DNA of 64,000 nucleotides, from the NCBI GenBank assembly GCA_965223905.1, contig CBDCXV010000010.1, positions 576,001 through 640,000 on the forward strand, given 5' to 3'. This document shows positions 48,343 through 59,453 of the stretch, in pieces. Both the position numbers and the translations under genes were made by a program. The notes beneath the pieces are model-generated. The model did no database searches. It had not been told where the DNA came from and worked only from the letters and a program-made list of their open reading frames with translations. This DNA comes from Candidatus Latescibacterota bacterium (GTDB lineage: Bacteria > Latescibacterota > UBA2968 > UBA8231). Position 1 is the stretch's first letter. Each line of letters starts with the position of its first letter.

Positions 48343-49472
48343 GAGATTCCCTCCCATGCCAGGTGCTCCTGAACGATCTCCTGATTGAGCTCCACCCCCA
48401 GGCCGGGGCCCTCCGGCAGGGGCATGAAACCGCCCTCGACCCGCTCCGGAGGCGAAATCAGCTGCTCGCGCCACGGCACCTCGCCGAAGGCGTACTCCAG
48501 GATGAGGAAGTTCCGGATCGACGCCGCCAGGTGGACCCCGGCGATCGTCGACACCGGTCCGGCCGGACTGTGCGGGGCCACCGGAATGTTCCGCGTCTCC
48601 GCCAGGGCGGGGATGCGCCGGCACTCGCTGATGCCGCCGGCATGCTTGACGTCCGGCATTATGACGTCGACGGCTCCCTGGCTGAGGTACTCCCAGAACC
48701 CCTCGCGCCCGAAGAACCCCTCCCCTCCGGCGAGGGTCAGCCCGGAGGACTCGCGCAGCGAGCGCATCTCCCCGACTTGGTCTCGCGGCAGCGGTTCCTC
48801 GAACCAGTAGAGGTCGAGCCCCCGCACCTTTTCGGCGGCCTTTCGGGCCAGCGCGAGGTTGAAGCGGCAATGGCAGTCGACGAGCAGATCGACCCCGGGA
48901 CCGACCGCTTCCCGGGAGGCGGCTATGCGGGCGACGCCGAGATCGAGGTCCTCCTCCACTCCGTCGCGGTCGAGCCGGTCGTGCCTTATCTCGTCGAACG
49001 GGGTGCACTTGACGGCGCGGAAGCCGGCCTCGACTGCGGCCCGGGCCGCGCGCGCGAACCCCTCGACCGAGCGGTCGCGGGTGCCGCGGTTGAGGTTGGC
49101 GTAGAGCCGCACCCGCTCGCGCCGCCTGCCCCCCAACAGGCGCCAGACCGGCACCTCGAGCGCCTTCCCGGCGATATCCCAGAGCGCCTGGTCGACGGCG
49201 CTCACCGCGGTCGCCGCCACCCGACCTGCCCCGTCCGCGAAAATGTCGCTCGAGCGCGTCAGCCGTTCCCAGATCACTTCGGGCTGGGTCGGGTCGGCGC
49301 CGGCGAGCCGTTCCCCGAGCTGCAGGAGGCTCTCCCTCACGAGGCGATCGTTGCCGCTCTGGCTAGCCTCGCCGATTCCCGTCAACCCGGAGTCGGTCCG
49401 CACCTCGACAAGTATCCAGCTGCCGCGGCGGGAGGCCTCGATCTCGAGAACACGGACTCCAGTAATCTTCAT
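48339..49472 (-). CDS. Mandelate racemase-subgroup sugar-acid dehydratase (DgoD-like)
   Basis: SAVDQALWDIAGK, DCH, WFEEP, GE, MPDV, APH, LEY. Confidence 0.82.
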   Translation of the reverse strand: MKITGVRVLEIEASRRGSWILVEVRTDSGLTGIGEASQSGNDRLVRESLLQLGERLAGADPTQPEVIWERLTRSSDIFADGAGRVAATAVSAVDQALWDIAGKALEVPVWRLLGGRRRERVRLYANLNRGTRDRSVEGFARAARAAVEAGFRAVKCTPFDEIRHDRLDRDGVEEDLDLGVARIAASREAVGPGVDLLVDCHCRFNLALARKAAEKVRGLDLYWFEEPLPRDQVGEMRSLRESSGLTLAGGEGFFGREGFWEYLSQGAVDVIMPDVKHAGGISECRRIPALAETRNIPVAPHSPAGPVSTIAGVHLAASIRNFLILEYAFGEVPWREQLISPPERVEGGFMPLPEGPGLGVELNQEIVQEHLAWEGIS

Positions 49473-49473
49473 G

Positions 49474-50775
49474 TCAGCGGAGTTCGATGCGGGCCCCGAG
49501 GGCGATCAGGTCGTCGAAGAAGGCCGGGTAGGACTTGCCGACGGTCTCGGCGTCGGCGAGGGTCAACCCCCTGCGGCAGCGCAGGCCCAGCACCGCCAGC
49601 ATCTGGGCGACGCGGTGATCCTCGTGGGTGTCTACCTCGAGCCCCCCTTCGTAGCCGCCGGGGTTCCCCCTGACGACGATCTCCGAGGCCCCCTCTTCGC
49701 AGTCGACGCCGATCCGCTGCAGCTCCCGCACCGGAACGGAGATGCGGTCGCACTCCTTGAGGCGCAGGTTGCCGATGCCGAACACGCGGGTCTCCCCCGA
49801 CGCCAGCGCCGCCATCGGCAGCATCGCCAGGACCATGTCGGTGGCGGTGTCGCCGTCGAACTCGATTCCGCGCAGGCCCCGGTGCTTCCCGGTCCTTACG
49901 GTGAGGCCGTCGTACTGCACGCCGACCCCGAAATCGCGCAGAACCTCGATGATGGCGCGCTCCCCCTGCCGGTCTTCGAAGAGGCGCTCGACGGTGATCT
50001 CGCTGCTAGTGACGGCGCCGGCGGCCAGCACCGCCGCGGCCGAGGGATAATCCCCGTTCACGGAGTACTCTCCCGGCCGGTACTGCTGCCCGCCGGGAAT
50101 CTCGACGCGCATGAGGTCCTCCTGCGCGTCGACTTGGATGCCGGCGGCCGCCAACACCTCCAGCGTGGTCCGCACCAGGGGCTTCGAAACCAGCTTGTCG
50201 ACGACCTCGATCACGACATCCTCGCCGACCAACGGCGCCAGGAACAGCAGGGCGCTCAGGAACTGAGAGCTCAGGGCTCCGCTGACCTGCACCCTGCCGC
50301 CGTGCAGGCGGCCGCCCCGAATCGCGACCGGCAGCCTTCCCCGGTTCGACTGCGACCGCGCCCCGAGCTGCGCGAGCGCTGCCAGCAGGTCGCCGTGCGG
50401 CCGCTGGCCGAGCGATCCTGCGTAGTCGGTTTCGAAGCGGACCTCGGGGAGCAGGGCCCCGATCGCCATCAGGAAGCGGGTGACGGCACCGGCGTTGCCG
50501 GCATTGAGGGTGCCGGCTTGGCGGGGGTGCCTGCCGAATCCGCGGATGCGCAGGTGGCGGCCCCCTTCGCCGTCCGCCTCTTCCTCGATTCCCGCGCCGA
50601 GGGCCCGCAGGCATCTCAGCAGCGCCTCGGAGTCCTCGCTGCGGGCCGGGAAATGGACGCGGCTCTCCCCTTCGGCCAGGGCCGCGGCCAGCAGGTAGCG
50701 GGTCGTGTAGTTCTTCGACGACGGGGGATTCAGTGTTCCCCTCAGGGCTTCCGTGTAGCGGACGTGCGCCTCCAT
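49474..50775 (-). CDS. aroA: 3-phosphoshikimate 1-carboxyvinyltransferase
   Basis: PSSKNYTTR, GNAG...RF, SSQFLSAL, RLKECDR, DHR, KSYPAFF. Confidence 0.9.
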   Translation of the reverse strand: MEAHVRYTEALRGTLNPPSSKNYTTRYLLAAALAEGESRVHFPARSEDSEALLRCLRALGAGIEEEADGEGGRHLRIRGFGRHPRQAGTLNAGNAGAVTRFLMAIGALLPEVRFETDYAGSLGQRPHGDLLAALAQLGARSQSNRGRLPVAIRGGRLHGGRVQVSGALSSQFLSALLFLAPLVGEDVVIEVVDKLVSKPLVRTTLEVLAAAGIQVDAQEDLMRVEIPGGQQYRPGEYSVNGDYPSAAAVLAAGAVTSSEITVERLFEDRQGERAIIEVLRDFGVGVQYDGLTVRTGKHRGLRGIEFDGDTATDMVLAMLPMAALASGETRVFGIGNLRLKECDRISVPVRELQRIGVDCEEGASEIVVRGNPGGYEGGLEVDTHEDHRVAQMLAVLGLRCRRGLTLADAETVGKSYPAFFDDLIALGARIELR

Positions 50776-50798
50776 CCTGCCGGTTCCCTCGCGCCTCT

Positions 50799-51821
50799 TC
50801 AGAACGGCCCGGAGAGCACTTCGTATTTCGTCGGCTTTCCGAGGCTGCGCCCGCCCCGGGCGACCCAGAGGGCCGTCCACCGGACCATCGTTTCCACCGG
50901 GATCTCCGGGGGGCCCAGCCGCTCGATCAGCCTGCCGGCATTGCCGAGAAGGGAGGTTTCGGCTTCCATGCCGGCGAACACCGGCTGTCGCCCCATCTCC
51001 GCCCCTGCCGCGGCCGCGAGGGCGCGCACCGACAGCACCTCCGGTCCGGTCATGTTGATGACCTCCGGCGGGTTGGAGCAGAGCGGAAAGGAGCGCGCCA
51101 GCCAGGCGTTGGCGTCCCCCTGCCAGATCTGGTTGACGTACCCCGTCGTCAGGTCGACCGGCTCGCCGGCGTGCACGCGCTCGGTTATGTCGCGGATTAT
51201 GCCGTAGCGCAGCTCGGTCGCGTAGAAGAGACGCACCGTGAGCAGCGCGGTGCCGTATTTCAATGCCGCGTACTCGGCGAGGCGCTCGCCCCCCAGGCGC
51301 GACTGGGCGTACTCCCCGACCGGCCCCACTGGGTCTGATTCACTGGAGCCGCCGTCCGCGGCCCCGGAATACGGGTACACGTTGCCGCTGCTCAGGTAGA
51401 TGACGCGGGCGTCGCGATAGCGCGAGACCACGCGGCCCGGAAGCTCGGCGTTGACCGCCCAGGTCGCCGCGGGATTTCCCGAGGAGCCGAACTTGTGGCC
51501 GGCGAGCAGGAGCACCTGCCCGGCGTCGGGCAGCGACTGCAGGGGCCCCTCCTCCATCAGGTCCGCGGCAATCGTCCCGGCTCCGACGCCCCCGAGATAT
51601 TCCCGCAGGCCCTGCTGGGAAAAGCGGGACACGGCGATCACTTTCGCCCCGGCCCTGACGAGCAGCTCCGCCAGGGTCGGCCCCATCTTGCCGCCGGCGC
51701 CGAGAATCATTACCGGCCCGTCGAGGGCAGCCGCCGCCCGGACCACCGCCGGGGTCGGTGCCGTCAGCTGCGCAATCAGCTGCTCTTCCGTTTCGATCCC
51801 GGTCTGCTCGATGGACAGCAT
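50799..51821 (-). CDS. NAD-dependent epimerase/dehydratase
   Basis: LGAGGKMG, AGHKFG, SSGNVY, GEYAQSRLG, NQIWQGDAN, GKPT. Confidence 0.82.
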   Translation of the reverse strand: MLSIEQTGIETEEQLIAQLTAPTPAVVRAAAALDGPVMILGAGGKMGPTLAELLVRAGAKVIAVSRFSQQGLREYLGGVGAGTIAADLMEEGPLQSLPDAGQVLLLAGHKFGSSGNPAATWAVNAELPGRVVSRYRDARVIYLSSGNVYPYSGAADGGSSESDPVGPVGEYAQSRLGGERLAEYAALKYGTALLTVRLFYATELRYGIIRDITERVHAGEPVDLTTGYVNQIWQGDANAWLARSFPLCSNPPEVINMTGPEVLSVRALAAAAGAEMGRQPVFAGMEAETSLLGNAGRLIERLGPPEIPVETMVRWTALWVARGGRSLGKPTKYEVLSGPF

Positions 51822-51891
51822 TGCCTCTTCCGATTGTTGGGCCTTCCCCGCGCCGTTACCTTCGTCTCGAATAAGGTACAGCCTTTGCCCG

Positions 51892-54172
51892 ATGCCGGAA
51901 TCCATGCCGGAACAGCGACCCAGACGGAGCTCCCCCGACCTCGACTTGTTCGCCGCGGGCCGCCGCGACCAGCTCGAGCGGGAGCAGCCGTTGGCGGCGC
52001 GCCTGCGGCCCGCGGCGCTCGACGACTTCGTCGGCCAGGAGCACATCCTCGGGCCCGGACGGCTGCTGCGCCGCGCCATCCAGGCCGACCAGCTCTCCTC
52101 CCTCATCTTCTACGGCCCTCCGGGAACCGGCAAGACCACCCTCGCCCACGTCATCGCCAACACGACGAGTTCCCATTTCATCACCATCAACGCCGTGCTC
52201 GCCGGGGTCGCCGACATCCGGCAGGCGATCGACGAGGCCAAGGAGCGCCGCCACCTGCACGGCCAGCGCACCATCCTCTTCATCGACGAGGTCCACCGCT
52301 TCAACAAGGCCCAGCAGGACGCGCTCCTGCCCTGGGTCGAGAACGGCACCGTCATCCTGATCGGCGCCACCACCGAAAACCCCTACTTCGCCGTCAACAG
52401 GCCGCTGGTCTCCCGCAGCCGCCTGTTCCAGCTCAAATCGCTGACCGAGAGCGACCTGGAGGCGGTCGCCCGCAATGCCCTTTCCGACCCGCGCGGATAC
52501 GGGAGCCTCGACGGCCTGACCGTCGATGACAATGCCCTCGCCCATCTCGTCGACGTCGCCAACGGCGACGCCCGGGCGCTGCTGAACGCCCTCGAGCTCG
52601 CCGTCGAGACGACCGCCTCGAGCAACGGTCGCGTGCACGTCGATCTCGCCGTCGCGGAAGAATCGATCCAGAGGCGGGCCGTTCTCTACGACAAGGAAGG
52701 GGACTACCACTTCGACTCGATCAGCGCCTTCATCAAGTCGATGAGAGGTTCCGACCCGGACGCCACCCTGTACTGGCTCGCCCGCATGGTCTACGCCGGT
52801 GAAGATCCGCGGTTCATCTTTCGCCGCATGATCATCTTCGCCAGCGAGGACGTCGGCATCGCCGATCCCGGGCGCCCTGCCGCTGGTCGTCGCCGCGGCC
52901 GAGGCCTTCGACCGGGTCGGCCTGCCGGAAGGCCGCTTTTCCCTGGCGCAGGCGGCGCTGCACTTGGCGACGGCTCCCAAGAGCAACTCCTCCATGGCCT
53001 TCTTCGACGCCCTCGCCGCGGTCGAGAAGGAACGCGAAGACGAGGTCCCCAACCATCTCAAGGACGCCAATCGCGACAGCGAGGGATTCGGCCACGGGGA
53101 GGGCTACCTCTACCCGCACGCCTACCGCGACCACTGGGTCGCCCAGCAGTACCTGCCCGCCAATCTCCAGGGACGCGTCTTCTACCAGCCCTCCGACCAG
53201 GGGCACGAGGCGGCAATCCGCACCGAGGTTGCCCGGCGCCGCGAGCTGCAGCTCGCCGCGGTTATGGAAAGCGGCAGTCCCGACCTGCCGGCGCCCGAAC
53301 ACCTGTCCCATTCCCCCGCGGACAGCGCCCGCGACCAGTGGCTGGAGCGCGCCGGCGGCGAGACCGGCGCCCTCAACGGCCATCTCCGGGAAGCGGTCTT
53401 CCTCGCCCTCGGACTCGAGCGTCACCACCGGGTCCTCGATCTGGCGGCCGGCTCCGGCCTGCTGACCTGGGAGGCGCTGCGCCGGGTCCCCGAGGGAACG
53501 GTATGGTCGGTCTGCACCGACGCCCCTTCGGCGGTGGGCCTGCGAGAGCTGGCCGCGGCCCACATGGAAGAGCTGGATCGCCCACATGTTCTCGAGACCG
53601 CCATCGAGGACCTCGGCCCTGCCCTCGAGGCCGCGGATCCCGGCATCCGCTTCGAGGCGATCATCGGCCGCAACGCCATAGGTTTCTCGGGGGAAACGGA
53701 GAAGATCGCCCGCCAGCTTCGCGGCCTCGCCGCGCCGGGGTGCCGGCTGCGGCTGTGGGAGGTGGTGCAGCGGCGGGCCCAGCGCCTCTGTCGGCTCGTC
53801 GACCTCGGCGAGCTGGAGGAGGGGTTGAGGGAGCGCGTGATCAGCGCCGAAGAGGCGATTTACGAAGATCCCGACAACCCGCGGGTCAACTGGGAGGAGG
53901 GCGACCTGAAACGGCTGTTGCAGGAGGCGGGGTTCGAGACGGTGGAGTGGACGACCGAGGAGCGGACGACGGTGCGCAGGATCACAATGCAGCAACTCGG
54001 CCACTGGTTCAACCCGGGCGGGGAGAAACACCCGACCTTTGCACGCTACCTGCACCGGCAGCTCGACAACGCCTCGTTGCGGCTGGTGCGGGGCCTGTTC
54101 GAGCGCCAGCTCAACGGGCACAAGGTGCGCTGGACTACGGCCTACACGCTGTTTTCCGCGGTCGCCCCGTAA
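51892..54172 (+). CDS. rarA: RarA/MgsA AAA+ ATPase fused to a C-terminal SAM-methyltransferase-like domain (one frameshift near 52870)
   Basis: [48 protein letters not shown]; then VLDLAAGSG. Confidence 0.88.
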
Positions 54173-54181
54173 CGGGGGACC

Positions 54182-54697
54182 TCAGATCAGGTCGCCGAAG
54201 CGCTGTTCGAAAAACAGGGTGAACTGTTGCGGCAGCAGCGGCAGCAGGCGGGCGATGATCGCGAACATCCCCGGGGCCACCGCGCTTTCCTGCAGCCAGC
54301 CGATCCCCTCCGGCAGGTAGCGGCCGATCAGCAGCACCGCCGCGAGCAGAACCTGCAGCCCGACCAGCACTCCGAAAACCCCTCCGAGCAGGCGGTCGAT
54401 CCATCCCAGAAACAGGGCATGCACCGCCTTGCGCAGCAGCCGGGAAACGACCTTCACGCTGAGGGCGATCGAGGCGAACACGAGGGCGAAGCTGGCCGCG
54501 AACCGGAGTCTGGGCATTTCGAAGTCCGGTAGCAGCGGCAGGGCGGCGTCCTGGAGATAGAGCCCGCCGAGAAGACCCAGGCCTATGGCCAGGAACGTCG
54601 CCAGCTGGAGTATCAGCCCCTGCCGGTAGCCGCGGAAGCCGAGGAGGGCGACGAGCCCCAGGGCGGTCCAGTCCAGCCAGTGAATGCCGCTCAACAC
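54182..54697 (-). CDS. cvpA: CvpA (colicin V production) family membrane protein
   Basis: LD......GYRQGLI, DRLLGGVFG. Confidence 0.8.
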   Translation of the reverse strand: MLSGIHWLDWTALGLVALLGFRGYRQGLILQLATFLAIGLGLLGGLYLQDAALPLLPDFEMPRLRFAASFALVFASIALSVKVVSRLLRKAVHALFLGWIDRLLGGVFGVLVGLQVLLAAVLLIGRYLPEGIGWLQESAVAPGMFAIIARLLPLLPQQFTLFFEQRFGDLI

Positions 54698-54892
54698 GGT
54701 ATCCGGTTGCTCCTGCCCTGGGAGCGATTTAGATTACGACCCTTCATTCCGGAGCTTGTTCGGGATGGATATTGTATATCGGTATCAAGCCGGCCAGGAA
54801 GCCGGTGGCAGAGCAGATTCCCGTGCTCGAGCCCTTGCCCGCAAAGCTACTTTCACACTTCCCGCCCGACAACGTCGAGTGATTTCGAGCCC

Positions 54893-56138
54893 ATGATCAG
54901 GACACGGATTTTGTTCGCCCTGGCCTCGATGGCCCTGGGGATCGGCTGCACGACAACCGAGCAGGAGGTCGCCGAACAGATCGAGGTTCTCGCCGCCAAC
55001 CAGATCGATTCGGAACGCTGGAACCATGCGGTCGACGAGCTGGTGGCCATCGGGCGCCCCGCGGCGCGCCAGTTGATAGTCCTTCTCGACCCCGCGAAAT
55101 ACAAGGGCAAGGACTACCGGGAATTCCGCGCCGAGATCGAGCAGACGCGAACCGGCGCCACGGTCGTGTTGGGGCGCATCAAGCACAAGGCCGCGTCGGC
55201 ACAGATTCACCCCCCGGACCGCAGCGGGGACCTACACCTTCGCCGAGCGGGTCGCCAGTCTCAGGGCGGTCGGTGAACTGGGGTACAACCAGCCGGCGGT
55301 CACGGCCCTGAAGGCGCTCTTCGAGGCCGAAGAGAGATCCGGTCATCCGCCTCTACACGGCGATGGCCCTGGTCAAGATTGAACGAGGTTTCTGGCGTCG
55401 GCGAAGTGCACGCGGCGCTTTCTGCCGACGGACGCCGATCCCGCCCTCGCCGAAGATCGCCGTCGAGGAGCTGCGCCGGACCAACTATTTCGGGGTTCCC
55501 CTGCTCGTAGAGCTGCTCGCCTCGGACACTCCGGACCGGGAGAAGATCTCCTCTGCCTTGAGCGACGTGGAGGAGCGCCTGCAGCAGCAGCTGGAATCCG
55601 ACGATCCGGAAATCCGCATGCGCTCGGCGCTGGCCCTCGGCAACGTGGGCAACCCCCAGGCCATAGGTGCCCTTTCCAGACTTCTCGACGATTCGAGCAA
55701 CCTCGTCCGCTTCAACGCCGCGGGCCTCGATGTCCCGGCTCGGCGACGAGGGCGGAACCGATTTTCTCTTTTCTTCCATGGGCAGCGACGATCCCATCCT
55801 GCGCGTCAACGCGGTGAAGTCGCTGATTGAGGTGCAACGCAGTTCCGGGGCGGTCGAAGAGCGCCTGATCGCAGCCTTGTCGGACGAAGAACGGCTCGCC
55901 CGCTCCGGGGCGGCCCAGGTTCTCGGCCAGGCCCGGGTCATCGCCGCGGTCCCACACCTTCGCGAATGCCGTTTCCGACAGCGCCTCCTGAAGTGCGTTA
56001 CAATGCCGTAATCGCTCTCGGAAAGATCGCGGCGCCGTCGAGGCTCGGGAGCTGCTCGCCTCCCTGGTCGACGACGACGACGCTACTGTCGCCTATTATG
56101 CCGAATGGGCCCTCAGGCAGCTCGGAGGTTCCTCGTGA
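54893..56138 (+). CDS. HEAT-repeat lipoprotein (several frameshifts)
   Basis: Lipobox LGIG-C; HEAT_2 units IRMRSALALGNVG, LRVNAVKSL, ARSGAAQVLGQ and VRYNAVIALGKI spread over different frames. Confidence 0.65.
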
Positions 56139-57068
56139 TCTACACCACCACTCTGGCGAACTGCCGCCTTCTTCTTTCTGATCGCCATCTGCGTTCCCGC
56201 AACCGCCTTCGCCGATGCCGCGGCGACCTTGTTGATCCACCAGGCCCTGGGCAAGGAGCTTTCCGGCCGCCGCCGGGGAAACATCGAGCTGATGGCGTCG
56301 GCGTACGACGAAAAGCGGTTCGTCGTCTACGATGGCGGGTGGACGGGTCGATCCTGTCGGCTGGAAGGTCGTGCACGAATCCGCTTCCGAGTACGTTCGG
56401 GCGCTGGAGGAAGATCTGCGCGCCGGCAAGTACGACATCCAGCGCACCTACCTGCTGGTCAACGTCCTCGAGGGCAGAGCCTTCGTCGCCGTCGTCGACT
56501 CGGGCTCCGTCATCGACCCCGCTACCGGGGCGGCCAGTCAGTACTGGGTCAACGACCTGTGGTTTTTCGAGAAGCGGGACGAGGAGTGGTTTGCCACCGG
56601 TTTCATACACGACATCGGCGACAGCACCGCGGGCCGCTTCGCCGGCGACGTTGCGGTGGACACGGAACTGGCTGAGTTCCTTGAGGAAGAGGCCCAGGAG
56701 TTGGCGCAACGGCAGCGCCGGATCCCTGTCGGGATTTTACGACGACAGGATCACCGTCGTCGACGCCTATGGCCTGGTCACCCCGGCTTCCTGGATCATC
56801 GTGTTCAGCGGCGAGAAGGTCTGGAAGGAGTGGCTCGACAACCGGCTCGAGTTGACGACCTACGACATCGAGCGCAAGGTCGTCCACACCAGCATGGGCG
56901 CTTCCGGCACCGAGGCCCTCGCCGTCGCCCACGAGAAGGTCACCGTGGGTCACACGCTGGGGGATGCGAACCACTCGGCCGACCGCCACGTTATGTGGAC
57001 CCTCAGCAAACAGCGGCGGCAGCTGGCGGGTGACCAACCTGTTCTGGCACCTGCGCCGCCCCAACTAG
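56135..57068 (+). CDS. Secreted protein with two tandem NTF2/SnoaL-like domains (several frameshifts)
   Basis: Internal repeat: FVVYDG..DPVGWKVV..YDIQR..LWFFEKRDEEW versus ITVVDA..PASWIIV..YDIER..MWTLSK..W; AxA-type signal peptide. Confidence 0.5.
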
Positions 57069-57396
57069 ATGCTACTCTGCACAATTGCTTGCCCCTGAGA
57101 GCAATCCCTCCTGCCGAGCAGCGCGGGTCCGTGCTCCAGCGAGTTTTCACCGCGTGCCTTCCTCCTTCTGAGAACCCCTCCTCGAAGAAATCTGTGGCCT
57201 CGGGAAAGTCACTGCCATGGGAACAGCTGCCCTGTGCCTGTACAGGGCAGCGCCCTCCCTTCCGGGGCAGGCTTCGGAAACGAAACCGAGCTGAAATAAA
57301 CTGAAATAACAGAAGAACGGCGGCATGCCCATCGCCACCACCCTCACGACCACCGACCGCGCCGCTGCCGCAACCCGGCGCCCAAGCTGCTGACCC

Positions 57397-59288
57397 GTGG
57401 AAAAACTCGGCTGGCTGCTGCTCTTCATTCTCGGCTACTGGGCCTACTGCATCTTTGGGGCTGGAAGGGCGCCCGCCAGACCCGCACCGCCAGCGACTAC
57501 TTCTTAGCCGGCCGCAGCATCGGGCTGTGGGTTTTCGTCCTCGCCGCCACGGCCACCTCCTTCAGCGGCTGGACCTTCGTCGGCCATCCCGGCACGATCT
57601 ACGGCGTCGGGCTTCCCTACGCCTTCGCCTCCTTCTACGCGATAACGATCCCGCTCACCGGCGTGATCTTCCTCAAGCGCCAGTGGCTGCTCGGCAAACG
57701 CTACGGGTACATCACCCCCGGGGAGATGTTCAGCGACTACTACCGCAGCGACTGGATGCGGGTGCTCACCGTCGTCGTCGCCATGGTCTTCTCGGTGCCG
57801 TACCTGGGAATCCAGCTGCGGGCTTCCGGAATCCTGTTCAAGCGCCTCGTCGAGGGCACCGCCCTCGAAACCACAGTGATCGGCGATATCGAGGGGGGAG
57901 CGATCCTGCTGTCGATCGTCGTCTTCCTCTACGTCGCTTCCGGAGGCCTGCGCTCGGTCGCCTACGTCGACTGCGCCCAGTGCATCCTCCTCGCCCTCGG
58001 CATCGTCATCCTCGGCTTCGTAGCCCTCGACCTCGTCGGCGGCTGGGCGAACTTCCAGCACGGCCTTGCAGGTCTGGCCAGCCAGAGCCACGACATGGTC
58101 GCCATTCCGACGCGGCCGGAGTCCGATTCCTTTCTCGAACGGGCAGGCACCATGTTCTGGGACCTGTCGGGCGGTCCCTGGACCGGGCTGATGATCATGA
58201 CCTACATGTTCGCCCTGATGGGCATTCAGTCCGCCCCTGCCTTTTCGATGTGGGCCTTTTCCAACCGCGATCCCCGGCCCTTTCCGTGGCAGCAGGTTTT
58301 CGCCTCCTCCGTCGTGATCGGCGCCATCCTCTTCTTCTTCACCGCCTTCCAGGGACTCGGCGGCGCCATCCTCGACCGCGGCCTTCTGCCGGGGGTCGAA
58401 AGGCTCGGGATCCCGGTAAACGAGGCCGGCAAACCGATCTCCGACTACCTCGTCCCGTACCTGATATCGACCCTGTCCGATGGCTTTCCATGGCTCGTCG
58501 GGCTGCTCGCCGTCTGCGCCCTCGCCGCCATGCAGTCGACGGGGGCGGCCTACATGTCGACGGCGAGCGGCATCGTCACCCGGGATCTCTACCGCCATTT
58601 CCTCAACCGGGAGGCCTCGCACCGAGCCCAGGTCTTGGTCGGCCGAATAACCGTCGCCGTCGTCATCAGCCTCGCCCTGATTGTAGGGCTCGCCAGCGGC
58701 GACCTGCTCGTGCTTCTGGGGGGAGCCGCGGTCTCTTACGGTTTCCAGATGTGGCCGGCGCTTCTCGGCATCTGCTACATCCGCTTCTTCACCCCCGCCG
58801 GCGTGATTTGCGGCCTGATCGGGGGGCTTCTCGCCGTCACCTTCACCTACGTTACCGAGCTGGGAGGCCTGATCGGCATCGGGCGCTACCCGCTGACGAT
58901 CCACAGCGCCGGTTGGGGTATCCTCGTGAACATGCTGTTGACGGTCGCGGTCAGTGCCTTCACGCAACCGAAAACCGCGGCCGAAGCAGAGCACCGGGAC
59001 CGCTATCACCGCTTCATCGCGCAGCATACGGCGCTGCCGCCCGAAAAGCGGAAGTGGAGACTTCCGGTCTGGGGCCTGGTGGTCGTCTGGTTCCTGTTCG
59101 CCATCGGGCCCTTCGCCGTACTCGGCAACCAGACCGACCCCGCCCAGTGGTCTTTCGGCATCCCCACCCTCTGGGTCTGGCAGATCGCATGGTGGATCTG
59201 CGGCTGCGTGATGATCTACCTCCTCGCCTTCAAGCTCGAGATGTCCACGGTGCCGGAGGCTGAGGTAGAATCCCTGTCCTCCGACTGA
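57397..59288 (+). CDS. Sodium:solute symporter family protein (one frameshift near 57455)
   Basis: DYFLAGRS, ATSFSGWTF.GHPG, GGLRSVAYVD, AAMQST. Confidence 0.88.
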
Positions 59289-59453
59289 TCACCACCAGTC
59301 ACCGGATCGGCCTGTCTCGGGTGTATGGCCATTAAACGGGACGAGCCCAATGGGTTGTCTGCGTCATATAGCCCTACGGTCGATACCCACGGGTTGGTTG
59401 GGAAACTGGAGGATCCCGGGGGGATTCCGCCGGGATCGACGTCGCGCTAGCCG

